A DNA stretch of 62,425 bases, the filler included, from Choristocarpus tenellus KU-1152 (Eukaryota > Protista > Phaeophyceae): the NCBI GenBank assembly GCA_964200185.2. It is 11 parts of 11 records of this genome, joined end to end, with 100 filler letters (N's around TTAATTAATTAA, not from the genome) between each part and the next. Parts side by side here need not be neighbours in the genome. Positions count along the whole stretch, not along the records: positions 44,464 to 51,359 come from CAXNAD020007123.1; positions 51,460 to 59,566 come from CAXNAD020005134.1; positions 59,667 to 62,425 come from CAXNAD020024992.1; 8 more parts are not named here. The stretch is one strand, 5' to 3'. Below the pieces are notes generated by a model. It did no database searches. It saw only the letters and a program-made list of their open reading frames with translations, and was not told where the DNA came from. The stretch's first letter is position 1; each line of letters opens with the position of its first letter. Below, piece after piece: positions 50,645 to 61,911 of this stretch. The position numbers and the translations under genes are program-made.

Positions 50645-51358
50645 ATATTGTACACTGTGAAGACGATCTGCCATACGCGGTTTAGTGTTTCCGAGGGGTA
50701 CACATTGAATGCCCCCGTTGTGGCCTCCACCACCTTCTCTGTGTTGGTCACCCCCACGTCTTCCTTCAGTTGCTGGATGCTATGAAAGAATCTCAGGTTG
50801 TTGATGTTGACGTCAGGTCAGTCGGCTGACTGGGTCTCTACGAAAATGTCGTCCCCTTAGGCCTCCTCAATTGCCTACATGATCCCCACCTTAGTGTGTT
50901 GCTTTGCCCCGTCCTGTTGCTCGAAGATGGGGTATCCTTCAGGCCTGGGCATACAAGCCTCGGTTGCCAAGATGACAACCTCGATCATGAGCTTCTGATA
51001 CCTCTCCCTGTCCACCATGGCTACCATAAGCACCTTGGTGCCCACGGGGAGGTGTTTACTGGGGCGGTGAGCGACCTTAGTGTCCACAATTGGCCAGATC
51101 CCGGTTTTCTCATCGAACCTCACCCTGTTGGAGAGCTCCCTAGGGCAGACCAAAATGAATATCACCTTTGTAATGTAACGGATATTCTGTGCTTGTGGTG
51201 GTTTGGGGGGGGTCCTCAGTGGGGTGCAGGTACACACCTTGCCCATTTTTGAGGATGCAAAACCACTTCTCGTCCACATGCACCCAGATAGTTCACTACC
51301 ACCCCACTTCCCCCCCCTCCTGTGCGTCTGGCTGAAGACGAAACCCACCCTGTTTACT
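50645..51358 (-). mobile_element. Degenerate mariner-type (plant/oomycete DD39D-like) transposase
   Basis: Frameshifted translation VDEKWFCI..., YITKVIF...FDEKTGIWPIV..., IFEQQDGAKQH, then TQSAD*PDVNINNLRFFHSIQQL (in-frame stop), matching the DEKWF / QQDNAxPH / SPDLNxLDLGFF motifs. Confidence 0.88.
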
Positions 51359-53479
51359 TNNNNNNNNNNNNNNNNNNNNNNNNNNNNNNNNNNNNNNNNN
51401 NNNTTAATTAATTAANNNNNNNNNNNNNNNNNNNNNNNNNNNNNNNNNNNNNNNNNNNNGACTCAATCCCAAAAAAACACCCCCCCCCCCCCCCCCCCCA
51501 GATACTTTGAGCCAAAGTGGGTGGGGGGAGAAGGGAGAGTTGTATTGAAAGATCCACTGTGTGTAATGTAGAATTCAAGAATTTGAAGAGAGGGTATGAT
51601 TCCGTAGTAACAGCCAAAAGCCCTTTGAAAGAGAGATTCTCAGTCAAAGTTGGTGCCGTTGTATCTGATAAAAGTCTTGTCAAAGTATATCTCATTTCCT
51701 CTTAATATGCAGAGGGATCCACATGCCGGTTTATGTTATTGGCAAGCCAAAAAGCAAGTCTCAAGCCTAAAGACAGTGATGGCCTTGCGCTGTGTATTGC
51801 TGGTTGAGTTTGTTGTTACAGGTTTGATGTTTCAAGATGTGTGCTTGAAAACTTTAGCAACTATAAAATGTGAAGGGGGAAGGTAAACACTCTCAACTGT
51901 TTTGAAAGAGTTTTATTTATCACCGGGTGAATATTTTGTTACAGAATTGATCACCAGGACGCGCACTTAAAACCTTGCTAAGCAATAGCAGGTAGAGCTA
52001 AACTCCTTCCTCTACGTTCTTGCCCTATTCAACGGTGGAGTCTGTTGCTCTACCAGGCACTTGAACTTAGGTGTTATTTTAAGCTTAACAATACAACATT
52101 AGGATGGTTTTAACATATGTTTTTAGACATGTGATGTTAATACTTTAGATCTAGAACTATTGTAGTGACTGCATTATGTTGAGGGCGCTTACCTCAGGCA
52201 GACAATTTTGTGAAATTTCTGGTCCCATGCCGTCAAAGATGTTAGATGTCTCTCTATCGCTGTGACCCTTCCCTGCCTCCCCTCGACATTTTTTCGTCAT
52301 CAAACTTGCCTACACATACTGCTCACCTCCATCCCCTCAAACCTTCCCCAGCTGACCTCGTATCCTTGCTTGTTTCTCTTTTTTCCATGAGCCTGACACA
52401 CCCAACTCAATATTGTCATTACCGTATCTGCATCACCACATATCCCTGATGGATGAAAAATATGATAACACATGATGATGGATGATGTATCATGCCAGCG
52501 CGCTGCTGTCTTTGTGGGCAAGAATGTTCTCGGAGATGAGCGTGCCGTAGACCGCACAGGACAACTGTTACGGCGGGTAGATATTGTCAGCTGCAAAGTG
52601 GTATAGGTAGAGCTCCTGGGATGGATGTCATTTATTGTGCTCTGAGCGACATTTGAACCCGTCAAAAGTTGCCTGTGAAGCTACCATTGTTTTGACGTGT
52701 TTTTAATTTCCAGGGTTGGCTTATGCAAGGGTCTGGTAGTTTCAGCTTCAATTGGTTAGTTTGGTAGACGGGAAAGAGTCTGCTGTTGTACTCCAGGTTG
52801 GCCTCCTCAGTCTCACCCAGTGATGCCATATACCTAAGACACCAATGCTCAGGAGAAGACTATATTACCTTTTTTTGTATGAGGAGCGTATTTCACATTT
52901 TATCCTTTTGTTGGTTATTGGTTGTGTTCAGTGGAACTACATTGCCTTGCGTCATGCATTTGTTACAAAAGGACACCATGCAGACCTTGAGGGCATATTC
53001 AGACAAGACATGTGTGTGTGTATGGAATGATATTCAACACTTTTACTCTGTAACTGCACCCGACTATTTAATGCTTGTTGTGTTCAGTGGAACAGCTACT
53101 AATTTACTTTTTTCATTTATGACGATGCTGTGTGTGTGATGCAGAAACTAGGAAATGTTCATACAACGTAACCGGTCAATGTTGATGTGTGGAGGTATTG
53201 AGGAAGCACTGTTGCCCTCTTACTGGAACCTCCTGGTTAATAACAGGGAAGTAAACGTAGTCAAACTATCACTGGTTCACTGCCAATTTTGAGGGTAAAT
53301 TAGGGATTATTTTGCACTGTCTCAGTATATAATGAGTTTTTTCCCCTGGACATGATTGTCTTATTAATAGAACGCTCCTAAAAGAGACGAGGTCCAGTGG
53401 ATGCATTTTTTTTTTTATCAAACTCCAAGAGACAACACAAGGTGTAGAATTTTGCCTTGAATATTCCAACAAGCGTCTG

Positions 53480-54650
53480 CTTGAGAAAGTTGGAGGTGAA
53501 GGCATGTACAGAGTGGGACTAGTTGTGTAGAAGTTTTGTAGAAATCAATACCACCCATGAGGTAGGGCACATCAGCCAAAGGATGAAGGTTATTTACTGA
53601 CGACAGGAAATTCCAGTGGTGATGCCTTTGTGATGCTTTATATTCCAACAAAAGAGGTCCCAGAAACAGGTCAAGATACTTTCTTGGAGAACCTGTACAC
53701 TGTGCTGCAACAGATATCAGTCATGGACAAACATGATATGATGGGCATGGACACCTGCAATGGAAGGAGAGGTGAAGGGGGAGGAAATATCAACAACAGG
53801 ATACTTGGGGCATATGGTGGTGATGTGCTAAACAACAATGGTGAGCGACTGTTTAATGTTTGCAGAGATAGACTTGCCCTCATCAACACATCCTTCAGTG
53901 TACCAGAGGGAAAAGGGTCCTACATGTGCATGCATGAGTGAGAGAAGGGGTATCTCCACCTTGATCATATCATCACGCACCAGGAATAACACTGCCTTGT
54001 ATACAATGAGAGTGAGCCCACTCTTATCAGCAGAATCAAACCAATGTATCATATCGATATCAGTTCGCCTTCTTGATTGACTATTAACTTCCAAGAGGTG
54101 TGCTTTGCTCAATAGACATCCCCGCATATTTAGCCAACCTTTGAGAACTGAACTGGTGAGTGTAATTGTAGACAAACTCCTGCTGGTAGAAGCAGTGGAA
54201 AACAAGGACGCAGATGGAAAGTGGATATCAACAGCATGGCACCTTCACTCAGAGCCCGTTTGCTAGAAGCTGATTCAGAAGAAGTGCTACCAGAAACCAT
54301 GTCAAAGTTGTTGCAAGGAGGATGATACGGAAGTGACCAAGCCCAGGTAACTTTCTTGGAGCCATGGCAGGAACTTGAGTAAGCATGGCGGCAGCAACAT
54401 ACAGACCTCAAAAATTGCCATCTTCAAGGAGATGTTGAAGGTGCCTGTAAAGACTGAAACTGGCGAGGGCGTCTGCCTTGCATGCAGACACCAGGGAGAT
54501 GGGAGAATTCATTTGTGGTTGGGATCAAGATGGATTTGTTTGACACCTGAAAGGCTTCGCCATAGAGAGGAGAAGACAGAGGGCCTCCTAATACATCCAA
54601 GACAAGTCTGGTCAGCTCGTGAGTCAGGACTAATCAAGGAGCAATGAGGG
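53480..54650 (+). mobile_element. Degenerate non-LTR retrotransposon (RTE-like LINE), AP-endonuclease region
   Basis: YIPTKE...QDTFLENL...MDTCNGRRG...ILGAYGGDVLNNNGERLF...LALINTSF matches the APE motifs YAPT / GDFNA.G / NDNGERL / L..NTFF, with stops downstream. Confidence 0.8.
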
Positions 54651-54680
54651 TGATGTGTTGAGTGAGGTGCTGCTAAATGA

Positions 54681-54955
54681 GACCCAAAGTATTTAAGAGC
54701 GTAGGTGTTTTGCCCTGCTTGTCTATTTGGGGCTTGGATTCCTGCGGGTTTTTTATGACAGTTACCTACTCTGAAATGTTTTGGAGTAGTTAGGAGTAGG
54801 TTTTTGGTAAAATGTATGCAACTATGAAGGTGTGTCTGGAACAAGGATATTGACGCTTGCTAACAAACACGATAGCCAAAATCACCTCAAAATCGTAACA
54901 TTGGATTTTGGACCCCCAAACGAACGCGGCCCTACCCTCTTAAATGCTTTGACTC
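54681..54955. mobile_element. MITE family B, diverged copy
   Basis: TGA|GACCCAAAGTATTTAAGAG...CTCTTAAATGCTTTGACTC|TGA. Confidence 0.85.
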
Positions 54956-56535
54956 TGACCTGCCAGTCACTATCGACCCTATTAGTGCTGATCCCCTCAA
55001 TTAATGACAAATCTGGGTAGGGTGCCATCTCCAAGAGGGAACAGAAGTGAGCAAAGAAGAAGCAAGTCAAGGAAGAGATGAACAAAACCGACATTTGAAT
55101 AAGCAGAAACAAAATAACACTTTGTCCCAAAGAAGTGTTGACAGAGAGGGGTGGTGTTTGAGGTCAATGCGATTCCAGACATATCCGAGCTAATATAAAC
55201 GAAAGGTACCCAGGTTTTGACCGTTTTGCAGTTCAAGCCAGTTTTTCAATATTTTGCAATTCACCCATATTTCTATGGATGAAGTGAAAGTTTATGAAGT
55301 AATCTGAGTTTTTTGGGTGGAAGAATTCTGGTTGGCGGGGGGCAAAGGACAAGCGATGGGAGTAGAAAGAAAAAGAAGAAAGCAGGAAGAGAACAAATGA
55401 TTAAGGAATGACTGGCTAAGAGAAAGGGGAAAAGTTGTAAGGAAATGAGTGGTAGGAAGGAAGAGGGATTGTTCAGTATTGAATAAGAGGGCTGAGAACC
55501 AGGGGTACAAGACGAGGAGGGCGAGACCAAGACAACCTCCGAGCAAGCTCTCCTAACCGAAGTATGGCGGAAAAAAGAGAGAATGAGAACGGAAGGAACA
55601 AGACAATGTGGGAAAAAATTGGGGAAAACGATGGGAAGGAAAGGGGGATAGAAGAGAGAAAAAAGATGGAAGGATGGGCAGAAGAAAAAGGATGGAAAGA
55701 GAATGAAGAAGAGATAGGGACAATGACGTTGAATAGGATGCCTTCAAAGATCGAGAAGGTGAGAGATGGGATTCTTAGCAACGGGGGAGGGAGAGGAAAG
55801 AAGTGGGGGAAGAAGAAGATTACGAAGCAGAGAACAGGAGTAAAGGAGACCCAAGCCAACCCCGGACCCAGAACAACGAGATAGCGAAGTTAATAGCGAG
55901 AATAGATAGGATGATGGAGATCTTGCAGGATTACACAAAATCACAAACACAAAATCCAGAAAGGGGGGGGGTAGACAGAGGGATGGGAGGGGGAGCCAGA
56001 TCAACAGTGAGAGAAAGTTCGATATCATCAACAACAATGGCGGAAAGGATCAAAGAGAAGTCAATGATCCAAGCATGGAGCAGGGTCGAGGTGAGGAAGT
56101 ACTTCGTACTCCTTGGATTCATTCCCTTGTTTATTAAAACGGGGAACGCCAGAGCAACGCAATATGAGCTACAGCGAATAGTGGACAAGACAACGGATGT
56201 GACGAAAGAGGTGGCCAAACAGCCGGAAAACTTGGCAGCCTTCACAATTAAGGACTACATACCAAAGGGGGAGCTGGGGAGGAAGATGTACGGGGGGGAT
56301 TATGAACTGCCAGATAATTTCGACTGCTTTGTGGCAGCAATGGAGAGGTTATGCAGGTATGGGGAAAGTTGGAATCCAGTTCAGAGGAAGACAGCAAGGG
56401 TGATAGAGGATTTGGAAGAAGCCAGATGCAAGGTACGAATGTTTTACGGAGCAAACAAACCTACGTTGTTAAAGAGTCCGCGGATCGTGGAACTAATTTT
56501 CAGAGCAGTGGGGGAGGATCTCCAGGTATGAGAAA

Positions 56536-56793
56536 GAGTCAAAGTATCTTAGAGGGTAGAGCCGCGTCCGTTTGGGGGCCAACATTCAATGTTGCGATTT
56601 TGATGTAATTTTGACCATCGTGTTTGTTACGAAGTGCCAATATCCTTGTTCTGGACACACCTTTTCATAACGTACACATTTTACCTACTCCGAAACGTTT
56701 CGGATAGGAAAATGTCATAAAAAAAGCCATGGGAAGCCAAGCTCCAAACGGACAAACAGGGCAAAACTCATACCCTCTAAGATACTTTCACTC
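56536..56793. mobile_element. MITE family B, inserted in the gag-like ORF of the YR element
   Basis: AAA|GAGTCAAAGTATCTTAGAGG...CCTCTAAGATACTTTCACTC|AAA. Confidence 0.9.
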
Positions 56794-58485
56794 AAAAACA
56801 GATAGCTACAGCAGCAGATATTATAGGGAACAAGTTCAACGCCCCACCAACCCCTGAAAAGTGGATACCACTCCCTCCGAGCCCCTACTCCACGTGCTTG
56901 AAGATGACACTGAGTCAGGCAAAAAATATGCTATCCGCTTTGTACAGCACGAGTCCTGCTCCCGGTCAATGAAGAGGGTGGGAACATGCGGGGAGACAAG
57001 AGCGTCAAAGTCCCCTAGACCAGACGAGAGAATCAGGGCAGGAGTCTCGAATGGAGGGGGAAGGACATACAACCCGTGCTTTGTGTGGAAGGTGGGGCAG
57101 GAATGTGACTTCTTGAAAAAGAAAAGGATCAGACTAATGCCAAGCCTAAAAACAAAGACACCAGAAGACGCAGGCCCACCCCTCCCCGGGGTGGGCCGGC
57201 AGGACAAGACCAATGGACGTCAGTACTACCACAACATATGAAGGGGACGTCAGGGATTCCAACACCCGGGTCGATACGCTGGACAGAGAGACATAGATGA
57301 GCCCCCCATTTTGTCTGCAAAAAAAATGACAGGCTGGCATACTACACAGGTAGTGGTAGGATGGAGGATAGGCACAGAAAAGATGACCATTGCCTTACCA
57401 AATGGAAAGTTGAAGGGAATTAAGGCGTTGTAAGCAGAGTGGCCAGAATCGAAGTCGACAGCCAGGGTGAGGGAGGTATGGGTGCTGTTGGGCTGACTAT
57501 TCCACATGTCGTACATCATACACCCAGGGAGGTTTTGTCTTTGGCGACTGGTACAACTGATGAGGTTGCACCAGTAGAGGGATTGGTTGAGAAGGATAGC
57601 GAGTGGAGGGGGGGCAGGGCGAACAGAGGGAAGGTTCGAAAGAACGAGATAGGGAGATTAGGCTAGGGAGAGAATTTAAGGAGGACTTGCATTGGTGGAG
57701 GTGGGTGGTCGAACAGGGTCTGGCAGAGGAAGCAGAAAACTTGAGTTCCCCCTTCTTGGGTTTTGTGCCAAGGCTCCCAAGGATGACATGGTTACTTCTT
57801 CGCCTTTCTTGACTCCAGCTACTAATGCTTGAGCACGGCGTTTGGTATTCAGACGCGTGTTTTTCTGCAGTAGGGGGGTACAATGTAGAGACGGGTAAGT
57901 GGTGGAGGTATGATTTCCCAGGACATATGAAGAATGATATTACACGTAGTGTGATTAAAGGAGAAAAAAGGATTATATCAATGTCTTAGAGTTACTAGGG
58001 ATGGTCATGAATACATGGATACTGGTCATGAAGGTAAAGGGGAAGGCAGACAAGAAGGGAGATCCAGTGTTGCCTAGAGGGGAACAACTACTCTGCAGTG
58101 TATTGGTTCCATAAGTGTGGGGAGGCAAAGGATAGGAGGGCGGCGAGATTGATGAGAATAGTGGGGATGTTGGAGATAGCAGGGGAATGGTAATTTGCAG
58201 CAGAACACGTTGCAGGCAAAAAGAATGACCTAGCAGATGATATTTCGAGGTGGATGAGGGATGAGATTCAGTCTAACCTCAACATGTTTGCCCATGTATT
58301 GATTGGCAGGAATAGCCCATGGGTTCGGAAGGGAAGACGGTTTGTTTGAGTGCCTTGCAGTATTGTACGCCAGAGGATCGGTTGCGCCATCTACTCAGAA
58401 GTGTTACGAGGCAGCTTGAAACCAATGGTCTGAGTTCCGTATATACAGAGGATTGAGTCGGTGGTTAGACCCTAGGAGCTGAGAG

Positions 58486-59422
58486 ATGGATGTAATGAAG
58501 GCCCTAGCAGAGTTCATGCGTTTCTGTTGCGGGAGTAGGAGGAACCAAGCAAACACAGTGAAGGGTAAGATAGCAATCCAGTACTACCACAAACATCTCC
58601 TCAACTTCCAACTCCCCACAAAACATTTCATGATTCAATCGGTACTCAAAGGAATAGGCAGGAGCCACACAAAAGTAGGGAGCGAGCCCAGGAGGAGGAG
58701 ACCCTTAACATGGAGAATGATTGTAGAGACAAAGCAATGCACTGAATTGCGCTAGGTAGGGAAGGTGAATTGACAAAGTTGGGCTTGGGTTTCTCATTCT
58801 TCTTCTTCGCCAGAGCTTCGAAATTGTGAGCCTATGATGAAGGGGGGGGAGTACATGGAGATTTTGCAAGTAAGAAGGAGGGACGTAGTCTGGAGGAGGG
58901 GAGTAGAAAGATTAAGTTGGGAGGATAGACATCAGGCAGGGAAAGTAGAGGTAACATTTACAGGGGTCAAAGGGGGACCAGGGTAGGAAGGGAGCAGTGT
59001 TGACAAGGTTTAAGGTAGATAATAAAGGGAGAGAAGAAAGTATGGGAGGTTGGGAGGTGGCGATGGCTATTGTGGAATGTTTCCCAGAACTCCCACCGGG
59101 CGCCCTACTGATGACATGGAGGCAAGAAGGGGGATGGAGGGTGATCACGAGGGGCCAAGCGACATGCGTCCTGAGGAGAATGGTAAAGGAACTTAAGCTA
59201 AGACCAGAAGAGTATGCCTTGCATTCGGGTAGGATAGGGGGAGCCACGAGATTGGCAAACATGAGGGTATCAGAATTGGTAATACAGAGGGAGGGAAGAT
59301 GGAAGTCGAGGGCTTTTATGGGATACGTAAGAGCTAACCAGAGGGACCCAGTGTTGGTACCAAAGGGCTTGGCAGAGAGTAGGAAGGATTGGGTCCAACC
59401 AGGGCAGGAGGTAAGGGGATGA
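58486..59422 (+). pseudogene. Tyrosine recombinase of the YR retrotransposon (frameshifted, in-frame stops)
   Basis: Catalytic set recognisable: FFFARAS (R), GSKGDQGRKG (K), YALHSGRIGGAT (HxxR), GRWKS (W), FMGYVR (Y). Split over ORFs 58486..58755 and 58997..59422. Confidence 0.9.
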
Positions 59423-59495
59423 GCTAGAAAGAAATCAACCCCGAAGGGGAGGGAAGGTCAAGTTCCGGCGGGGTAGATGTCTTCTAGCTCAAAGA

Positions 59496-59566
59496 GAGCC
59501 AAAATATCTTAGAGGGTAGAGCCGCGTCCATTTGGGGGTCAAAATCCAATGTTGTAATTTTGATGT
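59496..59566. mobile_element. MITE family B, truncated by contig end
   Basis: GAGCCAAAATATCTTAGAGGGTAGAGCCGCGTCCATTTGGGGG. Confidence 0.8.
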
Positions 59567-60434
59567 NNNNNNNNNNNNNNNNNNNNNNNNNNNNNNNNNN
59601 NNNNNNNNNNTTAATTAATTAANNNNNNNNNNNNNNNNNNNNNNNNNNNNNNNNNNNNNNNNNNNNTACCTCGAAAATCAATGAGACCCAGGAGGAGAAA
59701 CACGCCGGCTAGCTGTGAGGCGACCACAGCAACTACCCCGACAAGCTTCCAGGAAACCACCCATGGTGGTTTCGCCTGTGTTGATGGTCGAGTGGACATG
59801 TAGGCATGAGCTTGGAGTTGGAGGCAAAGTCAATCGAAGTGGAGATGGTGGGTAAGAGCGACCTTAGACACACAGATTTGTTCTTCTCCAAAAACGAAAT
59901 CACTCCGATTATTTCGAGAGCTTAAGGGACCTCGAATTTCTTAATGCAGTCACAATATGACTGTTCTTGAACTCGTCGTTGTTTCAGTATCTCGAATTTC
60001 GAGATTCCACGTGTCAACAAATAAAAATACCTTCAATAATATCACAACAATATTGTAGTATATACACAGTTCAAGAAACTAACAGTTCTAAAAAGAGACC
60101 ACAAAATTGAGAATTGAAGTTCGTTCCCGAGATTTCAAATAGGTCACCAACATCTTCGGCACCCTTACTGCCTCCCAACACAGCGGAGAGGTAGGAGAAC
60201 TCGAGCCCTATTAGGACACCTAAGTACGACCAAAATCACTTTTGGAGCAGGGAGTGGGTAAAATAATTATCTCTATTGTGAGTGTGTGTCAGTACAGCGA
60301 AATTGTATTCATTCGGATAATGTGAACACTTCTCTACTGGATAATATTATACACGCTCCCAACTAGTTCACTTGGATTGAAATTTTGTCTAACGCAAGAG
60401 CTTGCTTGTCTGTCCTTCATCCAGGCAGTCCGAA

Positions 60435-61911
60435 ATGTCTTCTTCCCCCATGTACGCGGTTATCAACTCGGTGGCATTCATCGCCAACGCCTTCGTTGTC
60501 GGGACAAGTACTCTTGGCTGGTGGGGTAAGGACAATGCTGAAGTATCCGACGAGAATCCCACCCTTGTGACGCCTGCAAAGTGAGAAGTTTTCCAGCACT
60601 CTAATGACTCCATGGTGTTGCATGATAACGCTGTGTTTGTTAAACAAACTTGCAGTGTGTACTCTCCACAGTTCTGGAATCTTGAACGTCGAAACCCTTT
60701 CCTAACTACTCTTTGTCTTCTCCAGCTGGGCCTTCGCTATATGGGGTGTCATTTTCTTCTCTGAGGCAGTATTCACTATTTGGGAAGCACTACCAGTCAA
60801 CTGGGGCAAGAGGGTTGTGAATGAGGGGATCGCTGGATGGTTTGCAGCAGCATGTCTCTTTCAGGCAAGTTGTTTGAAAAATGGTGCATCCACCGGGGAC
60901 AGCATCCTCTCGCTTGGAAATGAGCCCTTCAAACCGGTATCTCTAGATGTCCCATCTGACTCTCAAAAAGGCAAACTGGAACTGGTAGAGCTATTGTCAA
61001 CCTGGAAGACCCTTGTATACAGAGCGGCGAGATCGAGAGAGCGCGAACTAAAAGTTTACCTATTTCTTCGCCCCTTGTTGGCCTTGACCTCCAAACCTCT
61101 CCTCACACATCATGTGTCGTTTTCCGCAGATCGCCTGGACATTTGCCTTTGCACAGGAGAGGCTGGCTCTGAGTGCAGCCCTGCTCCTAGGCATTGCTGC
61201 CTGCCTGGCTATAGCGGTTGTTAGACTATCTGAATTTAAGCGCGAGGAACTGACAATATTTTCCTTCCAGTATTGGCTGGTCCACTTCCCCATCGGACTT
61301 CATGGAGGCTGGACTTTGGCAGGTGATCACATGCTTGTATTTTTAGCTTCCTTCTACTCAAGCAGATGGAAGAAGAATGAATCTTAATAGGCACAGAGAC
61401 AGTAATCCAGTGGTGTACTGAACCTTTTAAAAGTTACTGTCAATGTTTCCTGGTTCTTTCTTTGCTAGTGCATCCTCTTGTCTACTCTTTGCACATTTCT
61501 ATTGTCCCATTTCATCTATGATTGGACCCCAATCAACCAACCCACCTGCATCCCACACCCTGTCCAACAGCTTCACTCGTGAACATCAATGTGGCATTGG
61601 AGGATCCTACAGTCAGTACTGAGGTCACAGCTCTTTTGCTGACATTGGTTGGTGCTGGTATAGTAGCAGTGTTTGCAAGCACAGTTTTTGGTGACCAGGT
61701 GTACCTGCTAGCTATTGCCTGGGCGTTGGCGGCAGTGTCAGATGAGACGGGCTACAGGACCCAGATTTTGGGAGCTGCAGTTGCCCAGGGCGTTGATGAT
61801 GCTCTGGCCGGATTGTGGATTGCTCTGTTGGTTGTGGCAGTTGGATCAGTGGTGGCGTCAAGGGCAAGGATGATGAAACGCCGTGAGATTATTCCCCCCT
61901 CATATGCATAA
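60435..61911 (+). CDS. TspO/MBR-related (tryptophan-rich sensory protein-like) multi-pass membrane protein, complete four-exon gene
   Basis: Exons 60435..60580, 60726..60864, 61130..61322 and 61571..61911. Motifs NAEVSDENPTLVTPANWAFAIWGVIF, FQIAWTFAF, HFPIGLHGGWTLAASLVNIN and DQVYLLAIAWALAAV. Intron 2 has a GC donor. Confidence 0.85.

Larger units (their letters stand above)
55300..59495 (+). mobile_element. Tyrosine-recombinase retrotransposon (DIRS/Ngaro-type), degenerate copy 1: gag-like ORF, partial RT, RNase H, YR
   Basis: Gag-like ORF 55803..56531 continues after the MITE to about 57240. RNase H remnants SDACFSAVGG..., INVLELLGMV and EHVAGKKNDLADDISRW (57850..58255). YR remnants 58320..59422. 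The 5' boundary is uncertain. Confidence 0.9.

Noticed and set aside
7827-59666. Regularly recurring TTAATTAATTAA flanked by N runs as a biological repeat or CRISPR-like array
   Set aside because: It is an assembly linker with stops in all six frames, embedded in fixed-length N padding.
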